Assembly: GCA_038530905.1 (NCBI GenBank) | Contig: JBCBCF010000003.1 | Span: 1 to 36,675, forward strand | Direction of reading: 5' to 3' | Source of the DNA: Acidobacteriota bacterium | GTDB lineage: Bacteria > Acidobacteriota > Thermoanaerobaculia > Multivoradales > J023 | DNA: 36,675 nucleotides | Shown here: positions 10,057 through 23,741 of the stretch, in pieces | How the letters are laid out: every line of letters begins with the position of its first letter | Position numbering within the stretch: position 1 is the first letter of the stretch | Position numbers and translations under genes: made by a program | Notes under the pieces: model-generated | What the model saw: the letters and a program-made list of their open reading frames with translations, nothing else | What the model was told of the DNA's origin: nothing | Database searches by the model: none

Positions 10057-12468
10057 TCAGAGCGGTGGCAGGCCGTCAGATTCGAGCTCTGCGGCGTCTG
10101 GCTCGGAGGGGGCGCCGAGTGCCTCGAGCTTCGACTCGATGCTCTGCGGGTCCTCGGCGCCGAGGTCGAGCGCCACCCGATACTGCTCGATCGCCTCATC
10201 GGGACGGCCGAGCGCGCGATACACGTCGCCGAGATGATCGTGCACCGTCGGATCGGTGCCGCTGAGTCGAGCCGCCCATTCGAGATGCGGCACGGCCTCG
10301 GCGTCGCGACCCAGTTTGTGCAGCACCCAGCCGAGCGAGTCGACATAGGCAGCCTGATCGGGGGCCGCCGCCACCGCGCGCTCGATCATCTCCAGCGCCC
10401 GCTCGAGATTGCGACCCTGCTCGGCCCACATATAGCCGAGGTAGTTGAGCGCCTGAGGGTCGTCGGGTGATTGGTCGAGCAGCTTCAAGAAGGTCGATTC
10501 GGCAGCGTCGAGCTGGCCGGTTCGCTCGTAGGCCGCCCCGAGCGAGAACAGGGTCGCCTGATCGTCAGGGCGTTCGGCGAGGACAGCCTCGAGCATCGGC
10601 ACCGCGTCAGCGTGGCGTTCTTCGCGCTGGAGAACGCGAGCGAGGAAGAAGCGTTCGTCGAGGTCCCCCTCGGCGGCCAGCGCTTCGATCATGCGCGCCG
10701 CCTCGGTTTCCCGACCGCCCTCGAAGAGGATGCGCAGGCGCTCGGCGAGGATCGGCCGCGCGTTGGAATCGCCCACTTCGTCGAGCACGTCGAGTGCCTC
10801 ATCGACCTCGCCGAGACCGGCCAGGGCACCCGCGCGCAGCTGCAGAACGGCTCGCTCTTGGGCTGGATCCGGCAGCGGCGGAAGCGCGTTCAGACGCTCG
10901 AGCAGCTGGTCGTGCTGCTCTTCATCCGCCAGCGCAACCAGCAGACTGAGCGTGAGCTGGCGCGCGACATCCTCCTCGCCAGCCGTCGCGAGCTCTGACT
11001 CGACCCGATCTGCGATCGCGAGCGCCTCGTCGACCGCTTCCGCATCGAGCTGCTGCTCGACCAGCACCTGTGCCACTGCCGCGCGGCGGACAGCGGGGAG
11101 CGTCGCGTCGGCGAGCGCCTCTTCGAGCACCGAGCGGGCGGCAGCCGGGCGACCCCACCGCTGGTGGATCCCGGCGAGACCGAGACGCAGCTGACCTCGT
11201 TCAGTGGCCGGCGCCACGCTGATCGCGTCGTTCAGGCGGGTCACGGCATCGGCGTCGCGTCCGGAGCGCTCATAGACCCGCGCCAACAAGAGATCGTCCT
11301 GCGCCCGGCGTTCGAGCCCGGCCTCGGCCTCGAGCTCGAGAGCGCGTTCGAGCTTGTCGGCCGCAAGATCGTGGGCAAGCAGGGCACCGAGCACGGCCGC
11401 GCGCAGGCGATGGAATGCCGCTGAATTCTCGTAGGTCTCAGCGAGGCCGTCGAGGATCTCGGAGGCCTCGGCGGAGCGGCCCAGGAGGTGCAGCTCCCGG
11501 GCGATCGCCTGACGGAGGCGGGGACGCTCACTGAGCTGCTCTGGCGCCTCTTGCAGTGTTGCAAGAGCCTTGGCGTGATCGCCGCGTTCGCCGTAGAGCT
11601 GCGCCAGTCGCAGGCGTGGGTCGAGGCTCTCTGGCTCGAGCTGCAGCAAGCGCAGCATGGCGTCGGCGGTCTGGTCGGGGTTGTCGCTGGCAAGCTGCGC
11701 CTCGACCAGCATCGTCTGGACGATGCGATTCTCGGGGAAGCGGCCTGCAGCGTCGCCCAAGACCTCCAGGGCCTTGTCGTGCTGCTGACTCCACAAATAG
11801 ATCTGACCGAGCGACGTGAGCACGTTGAAGTCGGCTTCGCCGGCCTCGCGCACCGCTTCATAGGCGCCCTGAGCAAGCGCCATCGACGCCGGGCGCTGGC
11901 GGCCCAAGCGGAGGTGGACGTCGGCATAGGCCCGCAGCACGTCCGAGTTGCCGGGTGCGAGCTGGCGGGCCTGCTCCACGTGGTCGGCAGCCAGATCGAG
12001 GTAGCGCTCTTGATACTGCGGCGACCGACTCAACTGTGCCAGGTTGGTGTCGAACCGCGCTGCCTCGATGAAGATGTAGGGATCCTGCGGATCGAGGTCC
12101 AGCGCCTTCTCGAAGGCCTCGAGGGCACCCTCATAGTCAGCGCCTTCGGCCAGAAGCTTTGCCAGGGCGAAGTAGTAGGCGGCGCGTGCCTCGGCGAGTG
12201 GCGATGCAGCGTCGATCGATTCGGCCGTCGATTCAGGGAGGTCGACTCCCCACGTCGCCGACGGCATCACCAGCGCGAGAATCAGCAGAACAACCGAGAT
12301 TCCGAGGAAGCCGGCTGGGGATTGAAACACCCGACGGCTGGGAGGATGGACCGACGAAAGGAGCGATGCGGAGCGGCGACATCCGAACATGAGTGCCAGC
12401 ATAACGCGCCCGAGGGGCTTCGGGCCGCCCGGGGCTGCCTTTACAGCCCACGAGTCGCGAGCTATCAT
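10057..12468 (-). CDS. Exported tetratricopeptide repeat protein
   Basis: Multiple TPRs; C-terminal ALNYLGYMWAE...YVDSLGWVL...HDHLGDVY signature of periplasmic TPR proteins; hydrophobic signal-like segment. The true start is probably somewhat downstream of 12468. Confidence 0.88.
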   Translation of the reverse strand: MIARDSWAVKAAPGGPKPLGRVMLALMFGCRRSASLLSSVHPPSRRVFQSPAGFLGISVVLLILALVMPSATWGVDLPESTAESIDAASPLAEARAAYYFALAKLLAEGADYEGALEAFEKALDLDPQDPYIFIEAARFDTNLAQLSRSPQYQERYLDLAADHVEQARQLAPGNSDVLRAYADVHLRLGRQRPASMALAQGAYEAVREAGEADFNVLTSLGQIYLWSQQHDKALEVLGDAAGRFPENRIVQTMLVEAQLASDNPDQTADAMLRLLQLEPESLDPRLRLAQLYGERGDHAKALATLQEAPEQLSERPRLRQAIARELHLLGRSAEASEILDGLAETYENSAAFHRLRAAVLGALLAHDLAADKLERALELEAEAGLERRAQDDLLLARVYERSGRDADAVTRLNDAISVAPATERGQLRLGLAGIHQRWGRPAAARSVLEEALADATLPAVRRAAVAQVLVEQQLDAEAVDEALAIADRVESELATAGEEDVARQLTLSLLVALADEEQHDQLLERLNALPPLPDPAQERAVLQLRAGALAGLGEVDEALDVLDEVGDSNARPILAERLRILFEGGRETEAARMIEALAAEGDLDERFFLARVLQREERHADAVPMLEAVLAERPDDQATLFSLGAAYERTGQLDAAESTFLKLLDQSPDDPQALNYLGYMWAEQGRNLERALEMIERAVAAAPDQAAYVDSLGWVLHKLGRDAEAVPHLEWAARLSGTDPTVHDHLGDVYRALGRPDEAIEQYRVALDLGAEDPQSIESKLEALGAPSEPDAAELESDGLPPL

Positions 12469-12629
12469 CAGCCTTTGCCGTACCTTACGGCGATTTCTCG
12501 GGCGGAGTCCTCGCTGACCTCAACCGTCGTTCAGGCGCCTCTGAACCTCGATGATCCGGCATCCGGCCCGCCCAGCCTACGATCCCGCTTCTCGACGCGT
12601 CGTTTCACACCACTCTCGAGAGCGTGCTC

Positions 12630-13997
12630 ATGTCAAGTCGAGCCCAACCCCGCTTCCAGGCTTCTCCCGCCGGCCCGAGCGCCCCGACTGTCGGAGGACT
12701 GCCCCGCGGTGGGCCGCCGTCCAGACGCAAGAAGCTCGGCCAGCTTCTTGTCGAGCGCGGCCGCATCACCGGCGAGCAGCTGATCCGCGCGATCCAAAGC
12801 CAACGAGTCGTTGGTGGCCGGATCGGAACTTGTCTTCTCGAGATGGACGTCCTCTCCGAGGACCAGCTTCTCGATGCGCTTGCCGATCAGCTCGGGGTTC
12901 CGTCGGTCGAGGTGGAGCGCCTTCGGTCGATCAGCGACGAGACGCTGGCGATGATCCCGCAGCGCGTCGCGAGCCGCTGGCGCGCCGTCCCCTTCTGGTC
13001 CGACGACCAAGAGATCAAAGTAGCGGCTCTCGAGGTCGGTGACCTCGTCTTGCTCGACGAGCTGCGCTTTTGCACCGACAAGAGAGTGCAGCCGCACATC
13101 GTGAACGAAGTGAGGCTGTTCGAGGCGCTCGACAAGTATTACGACGTCGAGATCCCGCGCCGCTATGGCTATCTCCTCGATCGACTGAACCGCGCGCGCT
13201 ATTTGTGGGCCGACCGCAGCGGCATGGAGCTGGGAGGGACCGGGCTGCCGACCGAGACGCCAGCCCCGGACGCAGCCGACTGGCGACAGATGGGCTGGGA
13301 CGAGCCCGATTGGAGCTTCCCGGACTTCGCCCTCGATCTGCCGACGCTGGCGATGCCGAACCTTGAGCCAACGAGTGGGCGCCCGGAGGCGCTGCGGGAC
13401 GCCCTCGTGCCCGGTCTGATGCAGTCGCCGGCGAGCCACTCGCCGGGTGAAGGATCGGGCGTAGCGACCAGCAGCGCCGCCCTGCCCATGAAGGCACCCC
13501 TCAGTCTGCCGGACCTGGCCGCCGTCGATGCTCGTCTCGGCGTCGCCGCCGGCGTCGACGAGATCGGCGGGCTGCTCCTGGCCTACATGCGGTCGCGCTT
13601 CACGCGCTCCGCTCTGTTCCAGGCGCGACGCGACATCGTCCAAGGATGGCGCCTAGAGGGGCCTGGCGCACGCGAGGGCGACTTCCGGGCGTTGACGATC
13701 TCGATCGGCCAGCCCTCGATCTTCGCTACGCTGATGAAAGGTGCGTCGTTCTACCTCGGGCCTCTGGCACCGCTGCCGGCTCATCGTGCACTGGCCGACA
13801 CCTGGGGCGGTGAGCTGCCTCGACAGTGTTTGGCGATGCCGATCCGCATGCGCGATCGCCTCGTCGCCGTGCTCTATGGAGATTGCGGTGCCGACGGACT
13901 CGGCGACATCGATCTCGCTACCTACCGTCAGCTCGCAGACAAGGCGTCGAGCGCATTCGAGCTGTGCATCCTGCGCAAGAAGCTGCGCCACGCCTGA
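12630..13997 (+). CDS. MshEN/T2SSE_N (GspE/PilB N-terminal) domain protein with a C-terminal GAF-like domain and no ATPase
   Basis: KLGQLLVERGRITGEQLIRAIQSQ-RVVGG-RIGTCLLEMDVLSEDQLLDALADQ (24-5-24 pattern); Pro/Ala-rich linker; C-terminal LAMPIRMRDRLVAVLYGD (GAF-like); no Walker A. Start uncertain (GTG 12624 or ATG 12630). Confidence 0.8.
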   Translation: MSSRAQPRFQASPAGPSAPTVGGLPRGGPPSRRKKLGQLLVERGRITGEQLIRAIQSQRVVGGRIGTCLLEMDVLSEDQLLDALADQLGVPSVEVERLRSISDETLAMIPQRVASRWRAVPFWSDDQEIKVAALEVGDLVLLDELRFCTDKRVQPHIVNEVRLFEALDKYYDVEIPRRYGYLLDRLNRARYLWADRSGMELGGTGLPTETPAPDAADWRQMGWDEPDWSFPDFALDLPTLAMPNLEPTSGRPEALRDALVPGLMQSPASHSPGEGSGVATSSAALPMKAPLSLPDLAAVDARLGVAAGVDEIGGLLLAYMRSRFTRSALFQARRDIVQGWRLEGPGAREGDFRALTISIGQPSIFATLMKGASFYLGPLAPLPAHRALADTWGGELPRQCLAMPIRMRDRLVAVLYGDCGADGLGDIDLATYRQLADKASSAFELCILRKKLRHA

Positions 13998-14014
13998 AGA
14001 GGGTCGCCCAACCC

Positions 14015-14281
14015 ATGATCAAAGCCGACATCGTGAACCGCGTTGCCGAGGTGTCGAATGTGCCGCGCACGAAAGCTGCGCTGGCCGTCGACACGATCCT
14101 CGAGGCGATGAAGAACGCACTGCGCGAAGGGAAACGGATCGAGCTGCGCGGCTTCGGTGTCTTCCAGGTCCGAGATCGCAAACGCGGGGTCGGCCGCAAT
14201 CCGAAAACCGGCGTCGAGGTGCCGATCGCACCTGGCAAGACCGTCCGCTTCAAGCCCGGAAAGGATCTTCGCGATCTGTGA
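14015..14281 (+). CDS. HU/IHF family DNA-binding protein (88 aa)
   Basis: MIKADIV...RIELRGFGVF...GRNPKTG...VRFKPGK; ATG 14015 lies 17 nt after the previous stop. Confidence 0.96.
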   Translation: MIKADIVNRVAEVSNVPRTKAALAVDTILEAMKNALREGKRIELRGFGVFQVRDRKRGVGRNPKTGVEVPIAPGKTVRFKPGKDLRDL

Positions 14282-14307
14282 GCCGGACGACGCGCGCGGC
14301 GGTCGAC

Positions 14308-14760
14308 TCACACGACCCGTCCGTCGCGCACGTCGAGGACGTACGTGACGGGTCCGTCGTTCACCAGCTCGACCTGCATCTCGGCACGGAAGCGGCCGGT
14401 TTCAACCGGTGCACCGAGTCGACGGAGCTCCGCCACAAGCTCCTCGATCAGCGGCTCGGCGACGTCGGGAGGCGCGGCGCTGTCGAAGGACGGACGGCGG
14501 CCTCGCCGCAGACTGGCGGCGAGCGTGAACTGCGACACCACGAGCAGCGATCCGCTCACCGCTGCGAGATCGAGGGTCATCTTGCCGTCGGCTTCGAAGG
14601 TGCGGAGGTGGACCAATTTGTCGGCGAGTGCGACGATCTCGGCGCGGGTGTCATCGCGCTCGGCGGCGACCAGCACGAGGAGCCCGCGCTCGATCTCGCC
14701 GACCGTTTCGTCACCGACTCGCACCGCCGCGCGGCGGACTCGCTGGAGAATTGCGCGCAT
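14308..14760 (-). CDS. dtd: D-aminoacyl-tRNA deacylase
   Basis: MRAILQRV, VSQFTL, RGRRPSF and LVNDGPVT motifs. Confidence 0.97.
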   Translation of the reverse strand: MRAILQRVRRAAVRVGDETVGEIERGLLVLVAAERDDTRAEIVALADKLVHLRTFEADGKMTLDLAAVSGSLLVVSQFTLAASLRRGRRPSFDSAAPPDVAEPLIEELVAELRRLGAPVETGRFRAEMQVELVNDGPVTYVLDVRDGRVV

Positions 14761-14860
14761 GGTTCGCGTCTAGCCCTTTTAGTCGTTCTTCGAGGGGGAG
14801 CGAGCGCTGCACGGAGCGGCGTTGTTCACCTCGATCGTCCTCTCGACCCAGGAGACTTCG

Positions 14861-15346
14861 ATGCTCAACAAAGTCATGCTGATTGGCAACCTCGGGCGCG
14901 ATCCCGAAGTGCGGTCCACGTCATCCGGCCAGCCGGTCGCCAATTTCTCTATCGCGACCAATCGCCGATGGCGTGATCGCGACGGCAACCGTCAGGAGCA
15001 GACCGAATGGCACAACATCGTCTGCTTTGGTCGCCAAGCCGAGGTGGCCGGACAGTACCTGAACCGCGGCAAGCAGATCTACGTCGAGGGTCGACTCCAG
15101 ACCAGCTCGTGGGAGGACCGCCAGACCGGCGAGAAGAAGTACCGCACCGAGATCATCTGCGACAACTTCCAGATGCTCGGAGGCCGCGGTGGTGACGGCG
15201 GCGGCGGCGGTGGCGGCGGTGGCTACGGAGGTGGTGGCTACAGCGGCGGCGGCGGCGGTGGCGGGAGCTATGGCGGCGGCGGCGGCGGCGATCAGGGGGC
15301 CGGACGCGACGAGTTCTCGCCGGACGACGACGATATTCCGTTCTGA
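14861..15346 (+). CDS. ssb: Single-stranded DNA-binding protein
   Basis: [22 protein letters not shown], Gly-rich linker and DDDDIPF tip; GGAG RBS before ATG 14861. Confidence 0.98.
   Translation: MLNKVMLIGNLGRDPEVRSTSSGQPVANFSIATNRRWRDRDGNRQEQTEWHNIVCFGRQAEVAGQYLNRGKQIYVEGRLQTSSWEDRQTGEKKYRTEIICDNFQMLGGRGGDGGGGGGGGGYGGGGYSGGGGGGGSYGGGGGGDQGAGRDEFSPDDDDIPF
15182..15290 (+). repeat. (GGC)n low-complexity tract encoding the SSB Gly-rich linker
   Basis: Runs of ggc/ggt interrupted by Tyr and Ser codons. Confidence 0.85.
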
Positions 15347-15466
15347 CTCGGGCCCGCGCGGATCCGCGCTCACGCCGCAGAACGCGGCGCGAGCGCCCTT
15401 CGAAGATCAATGCCGGCTCAGCCGCTCATCGCAGCGGCTGAGCGATCGTCATTCGGCCTGTCGACC

Positions 15467-16876
15467 CTAGATGTTGAGGCGACGACCGGCGACTCCGAGC
15501 GCCGCCTCCTTGACCGCTTCGGCCAGCGTCGGATGGGCGTGCGAGGACCGCGCCACGTCTTCAGCACAGGCGCCAAACTCGATCGCCACCGCGACCTCTG
15601 CGATCAGATCACCCGCTCTGGGACCGATGATGTGGGCGCCGAGGATGCGATCCGTTGCAGCATCGGCCAGGATCTTCACCTGGCCGTCCGTCTGCGCCAG
15701 AGCCCGCGCGCGGCCGTTGGCCAAGAACGGGAACTTCCCGACGTTGTAGTCGACCCCCTCATCCTTGAGCTGCTCCTCGGTCTTGCCGACGGCAGCGATC
15801 TCCGGATGCGTGTACACGATGCCCGGAATCGCGTCGTAGTTGACGTGGCCGTGGCCCGAGACGATGCCCTCGACGCAGGCAACGCCCTCGTGTTCGGCCT
15901 TGTGGGCCAGCATCGGGCCGACGATGACGTCACCGATGGCGTAGACGCCGCGCGCCGAGGTCCGAAAGCCGTTCTCGATCGGAATCCGACCGCGATCGTC
16001 CGTCTCGATTCCGACGGTCTCGAGACCGAGGTTGTCCGTGTACGGCCGCCGGCCGACCGCCACGAGCACGCGATCACAAACCACCGGATCTCGGCCGTCC
16101 GCCTCGACCGTACACGTCTCGCCTTCGACCGACACGCCCGTGACCCGCACGCCGAGCTGGAAGTCGAGGCCCTGCTTTGAAAAAAGCCGCTTCGCTGCCT
16201 TCGCAGTCTCGGCGTCCATTCCGGGAAGGATCCTGTCGAGATACTCGAGCACGGTGACCTTGGAACCGAGACGCGCCCACACCGAGCCCAGCTCTAGGCC
16301 GATGTAGCCGGCGCCGATCACCACCAGATGCTCCGGCACGGCGTCGAATGCGAGCGCACCCGTCGAGCCGACGACGCGTTCGCCATCGATCTCGACACCG
16401 GGCAGGGTCGCGACGTCGCTCCCGGTGGCGAGGATCACGTGCTCGCAGGCGATGCGTACCGTCTCCTCTCCGTCGACGACCACGGCTCCTTCGCCATCCA
16501 AACGACCGTGACCGCGGTAGGTCGTGACGTTGTTCTTCTTGAACAGACCCGCGACGCCGGTGGTCAAGGTCTTCACCGTGCCGGTCCGATGCTTGTGCAT
16601 GCCTGCGAGATCGAGCTCGACCTCCCCCACCTGAACGCCAAATCGTTTGAGCCCTGAGCGGGCCTCGTCATAGCGCTCGCTCGCTTCGAGCATCGCTTTC
16701 GAGGGAATGCAGCCAACGTTCAGACAGGTGCCGCCGAACGTGGAGTCTTTCTCGACGCACGCGACGTCGAGACCGAGCTGGGCGGCACGGATGGCAGCGA
16801 TGTAGCCACCGGGGCCAGAGCCGATCACCACCAGATCGTGGGTCGCCTCACGCGGGTCGGTTGATGCTTCAGCCAT
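15467..16876 (-). CDS. lpdA: Dihydrolipoamide dehydrogenase (E3)
   Basis: GSGPGG, GGTCLNVGCIPSK, GAGYIGLE and HAHPTLAE motifs. Confidence 0.97.
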   Translation of the reverse strand: MAEASTDPREATHDLVVIGSGPGGYIAAIRAAQLGLDVACVEKDSTFGGTCLNVGCIPSKAMLEASERYDEARSGLKRFGVQVGEVELDLAGMHKHRTGTVKTLTTGVAGLFKKNNVTTYRGHGRLDGEGAVVVDGEETVRIACEHVILATGSDVATLPGVEIDGERVVGSTGALAFDAVPEHLVVIGAGYIGLELGSVWARLGSKVTVLEYLDRILPGMDAETAKAAKRLFSKQGLDFQLGVRVTGVSVEGETCTVEADGRDPVVCDRVLVAVGRRPYTDNLGLETVGIETDDRGRIPIENGFRTSARGVYAIGDVIVGPMLAHKAEHEGVACVEGIVSGHGHVNYDAIPGIVYTHPEIAAVGKTEEQLKDEGVDYNVGKFPFLANGRARALAQTDGQVKILADAATDRILGAHIIGPRAGDLIAEVAVAIEFGACAEDVARSSHAHPTLAEAVKEAALGVAGRRLNI

Positions 16877-16959
16877 GAGATCTCCTCACCGGGCGCGCCG
16901 GCGCGCCGATCGACGGAGGGCCAATCGGCGGGTTGATCGATCGGATGGAGGGGGGTCGC

Positions 16960-18261
16960 TCAGATTTCGAGCAGGATCCGCTGCGGATCTTCGATGCGCT
17001 CCTTGACCTTCACAAGGAAGGTCACGGCCTCGCGGCCGTCAATCAGCCGGTGGTCATAGGTGAGCGCGACATACATCATCGGCCGGATCACCACCTCGCC
17101 ATCGACCGCCACGGGGCGCTCCTCGATCTTGTGCATGCCGAGGATGCCGCTTTGCGGCGGATTGACGATCGGTGTGGAGAGGAGCGAGCCGTAGATGCCG
17201 CCGTTCGAGATCGTAAAGGTGCCGCCGCGCAGCTCGTCCATCGTCAAGGAGCCGTCTTTGGCACGCGACGCGAGGTCTGCAATCGATGTCTCGACGCCGG
17301 CGAACGACAGACGCTCGGCGTTGCGAATCACCGGCACGACCAGGCCCTTGCCACCACCCACCGCGACACCGATGTCCTGGTAGTTGCGATACACGATCTC
17401 GTTGCCGCGGATCTCGGCGTTGACCTGTGGCACATCCTTCAGCGCCTCGACGACGGCCTTGACGAAGAACGACATGAAGCCGAGTTTGATGCCGTGCTTG
17501 TCGACGAAGATCGGCTGATACTGCTTGCGCAGCGCGATCACGGCCGACATGTCGATCTCGTTGAACGTCGTCAACAGGGCCGCGGTCTGCTGAGCTCCGA
17601 CCAGGGTCGCCGCCACGCGTCGCCGCAGCGGCGTCATGCGCACGATTTCCTCCGCCCGAGCTGTAGGCGCCGGGGCCGCTCCGGAAGCGGCTGGCGGCGG
17701 CGCGGCAGCTGGCGCCGGAGCCGCCGCCGGAGTCTCGGCGGCGTCGAGGTGACGCTGGACGTCCTCCTTGAGCAGGCGCCCGCCCGGGCCGGTGGCCGCG
17801 ATGTCGGCAGCGTCGAGGCCGTGGTCGGTCAGCAAGCGTCGAGCGGCCGGCATTACCCGCACCTCGTCGCCTGCGTTGTCCGACGGCTCCGGCGCTTGAT
17901 CCTCGGAGGCTGCGTCGGCGCTCCCGTCGGCCTCGGCCGGGGCCGCCTCGCCTGCAGGTGCATCCGTAGCATCCGCCTGCGCGCTCTCGCCCCCCGCCGC
18001 CTCCGGCGCCGGCGCCGAGCCGTCGGCCGCCTGCAGGATCGCGATCACTTCGCCGACCTCGACGTCGTCGCCGTCCTGCTTCCGGATCTCTTGGATCACA
18101 CCAGCGGCCGGCGACGGGATGGTCTGATCGACCTTGTCGGTCTCGAGCGTGACCAAATCCTGGTCCTCTTCGACCCGATCTCCCTCGGCGACCAGCCATT
18201 CGGTGATCATCGCCGCGGTCACGGACTCACCGACACTCGGCACTTTGACTTCGATGGCCAT
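16960..18261 (-). CDS. sucB: 2-oxoglutarate dehydrogenase E2 dihydrolipoyl succinyltransferase
   Basis: VPSVGESV...ETDKV lipoyl domain, PAARRL...[10 protein letters not shown] peripheral-subunit-binding domain and [12 protein letters not shown]. Start at ATG 18261 with AGGAG RBS. Confidence 0.97.
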   Translation of the reverse strand: MAIEVKVPSVGESVTAAMITEWLVAEGDRVEEDQDLVTLETDKVDQTIPSPAAGVIQEIRKQDGDDVEVGEVIAILQAADGSAPAPEAAGGESAQADATDAPAGEAAPAEADGSADAASEDQAPEPSDNAGDEVRVMPAARRLLTDHGLDAADIAATGPGGRLLKEDVQRHLDAAETPAAAPAPAAAPPPAASGAAPAPTARAEEIVRMTPLRRRVAATLVGAQQTAALLTTFNEIDMSAVIALRKQYQPIFVDKHGIKLGFMSFFVKAVVEALKDVPQVNAEIRGNEIVYRNYQDIGVAVGGGKGLVVPVIRNAERLSFAGVETSIADLASRAKDGSLTMDELRGGTFTISNGGIYGSLLSTPIVNPPQSGILGMHKIEERPVAVDGEVVIRPMMYVALTYDHRLIDGREAVTFLVKVKERIEDPQRILLEI

Positions 18262-18352
18262 CGATCTCTCCTGCGGTCGCAGCCGCATCAGGACCGCGAG
18301 CGACGCGCCGGGGTGGCGCGCGGTGCTCGCGCTCGACTTCAATTCAAGGAAT

Positions 18353-21601
<3,249 letters not shown>

Positions 21602-21664
21602 CTCTCCTCGTGCGGCGAGGGCCGAAGACCGGAGGCCGGCGAAACATCGCTCGCCACGATTCTT

Positions 21665-23677
21665 TCACGGCTCCGCGCGCGCTGCGGGCCGCTCGCCGAA
21701 TGGTGCCTCGGACCTCGGACCGCCGAGATAGCGAAGGCGGGCGCCGAGATAGAACCGCGGCGCTTCGATCTCAGCTGCATCCGCGCGCCAGGCCGGCAGC
21801 TCTCCGAACGGAATGTGGAACCGCAGGCGGTACACCTCGAGATCATAGAAGCGCTCCGGGTTGCGTCGATCCCGCGGACGCCGCCGGATCGTTGGGGCAT
21901 CCGGCTCGAGCGTCACGGTTCGAGGCTGCGGCGCCACCTCGACCGAACGACAGGCGTCTGCCAGGCAGAGGTTCATGATCTGGCGCCGCGGCGCCGAGAT
22001 CTCGAAGACCGCGCTCTCGATGGCCGTGGCGCTCATGAGCCAGGCCTCGCCCTCGACGCCTCCTCGCAGCCACATGGTGTCGCCGGCCGGCCTCAAGAGA
22101 TCCTTCCGCCCCCAGAGCCACGCCTCGCTTTGGACGAGGCCGTGAGAGCCCGGAATCTCGTTCAGCGACAGCTCGATCGGCAGCTGTTCGTGAAGCGCCG
22201 AGCGCACGTGTGACTGCAGAGTCGGCGAGACCGTCACGAGGCCGTAGGGTGACCAGACGAGCGGGCCGAGAAACAGCGCGCCCATCGCCCAGCCGGCGAC
22301 GAGAAGAAAGCGCGGTCGCAGACTCGGCACCAGGAAGAGGAAGGCCGGATAGGCCATGACGAAGTAGCGATTGCCGACAAACCCACCCCCGCCGTGCCAG
22401 TTGAAGGCGATGAAGAGCAGGAAGAACAGGCCGATGACCAGCGCCGAGAGCAAGATCGTCCAGCGCAGCGGATCGCGCGGCGCGTGGATCAGGAACAGCA
22501 GCAGCGCGAGCACGCCGAACGGCTGGTAGAGAACGAAACCTGTGTGGCGCCCTGTGGCGAACGCGACGAGCGACTCGCTCAGCTCGGTCCAGGTGGTCTC
22601 GGGGACGCGCAGCAGCCACCACCAGCCGGCACCGGCGACCGCTGCGCCGTCCTCGGCGTCGTCTTCGACGGTCGATTTCTCGCCGAGCGCCGCGCCGCCG
22701 GCCCCGACCGGCGCCTCGGGCGTGACCACCTCGACCTCGAGCGGAATCGGCTCGACTAGACGCCGTGATGGATCGGTGACAGTGAACCCGGCGCGCGCGT
22801 CGACCAGATACGCGGTGGGCTGACCCGTGGCCAGGAGCGAGCCGCCTGCCAGACAGGCCATCGATGCAATCGCCGCCGCGAGCCAAATCGCCAGACCGCG
22901 CCAGCGCCCGCCGCGCGCCAGCGCGAAGAGCACCGGCACTCCGAAGGCAGCGAGCATCGGCTTGTTGTAGACGCCGACCGCGAGAATGGCAGCCGACGCT
23001 GCGAGCGCGGCGGTCGTTCGCGTCGAGGACAGCGGCGCACGCGCTCGTGCCGCGGATGCCCAGCGATCAAGATCTCCGGTCGCCAGCAGGCCGAAATAGA
23101 GACAGCCGGCGGCCGAGGCCATGTTGAAGACCTCGGGATGCAGCCAGAACACGTACGACCAGGCGGTCGACAGGCCGAAGAAGCCGACCGAAAAAAGCGC
23201 CGCAGAGCCATCGTCGGCCACCCGCCGCACGACATCGAAGCCCATCCACAAGAGGCCGACGAAGAGCAGCATGTTGAAAAAGACGACGCCGTCCGGACCA
23301 AAGAGCGCGGCGAACGGCGCGGCACAGAGCGAGTAGATGTAGGGCTTGCCGTAGAACAGCGTGCGCCAACCGTCGCTGCTCATCACGATCAGATTCTTGA
23401 CGGAGAGGAAGGGGTAGCTCTCGAACAGCCGCTCGAGATCTCTCTCCTCGACCTGCAGGTCGCCATCGAACGCCAGGCTCAGGGCGGCGAGGACATAGGC
23501 CGGCTCGTCGGCTTTCAAGGTCGCCGGCAGGCCTGGCTTATGCGTCGCGATCGGCAGCGTCAGCAACACGACCGACAGCGCGGCGAGCGCCGCAGCCGCC
23601 ATCGAAATTGGCGGTTTGCGGCGGTCGGCGGGCGGACTCGCGACGGCGGTCGCGGCGGTCGCGGCGTGAAAGGTCAA
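21665..23677 (-). CDS. Multi-pass membrane protein, GT-C-like glycosyltransferase with a C-terminal periplasmic domain
   Basis: KADEPAY acidic motif after TM1, about 10-12 hydrophobic segments and WHGGGGFVGNRYF. Start uncertain (TTG 23677 or a downstream ATG). Confidence 0.7.
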   Translation of the reverse strand: MTFHAATAATAVASPPADRRKPPISMAAAALAALSVVLLTLPIATHKPGLPATLKADEPAYVLAALSLAFDGDLQVEERDLERLFESYPFLSVKNLIVMSSDGWRTLFYGKPYIYSLCAAPFAALFGPDGVVFFNMLLFVGLLWMGFDVVRRVADDGSAALFSVGFFGLSTAWSYVFWLHPEVFNMASAAGCLYFGLLATGDLDRWASAARARAPLSSTRTTAALAASAAILAVGVYNKPMLAAFGVPVLFALARGGRWRGLAIWLAAAIASMACLAGGSLLATGQPTAYLVDARAGFTVTDPSRRLVEPIPLEVEVVTPEAPVGAGGAALGEKSTVEDDAEDGAAVAGAGWWWLLRVPETTWTELSESLVAFATGRHTGFVLYQPFGVLALLLFLIHAPRDPLRWTILLSALVIGLFFLLFIAFNWHGGGGFVGNRYFVMAYPAFLFLVPSLRPRFLLVAGWAMGALFLGPLVWSPYGLVTVSPTLQSHVRSALHEQLPIELSLNEIPGSHGLVQSEAWLWGRKDLLRPAGDTMWLRGGVEGEAWLMSATAIESAVFEISAPRRQIMNLCLADACRSVEVAPQPRTVTLEPDAPTIRRRPRDRRNPERFYDLEVYRLRFHIPFGELPAWRADAAEIEAPRFYLGARLRYLGGPRSEAPFGERPAARAEP

Positions 23678-23741
23678 AGCGCGGAGCGAAAGCGAAAGGC
23701 GGCGCAGCAGATCGACGCCGCAGATGGCCGACAGAACGAAC

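Noticed and set aside
15182-15290. GGC repeats as a contingency locus or CRISPR-like array
   Set aside because: In-frame coding for the ordinary Gly-rich SSB linker.
16889-16944. Palindromic GC elements between sucB and lpdA (ggcgcgccggcgcgcc; ccgatcga...tcgatcgg)
   Set aside because: No U-tract and no second copy in the window; at most an mRNA-stabilising hairpin.
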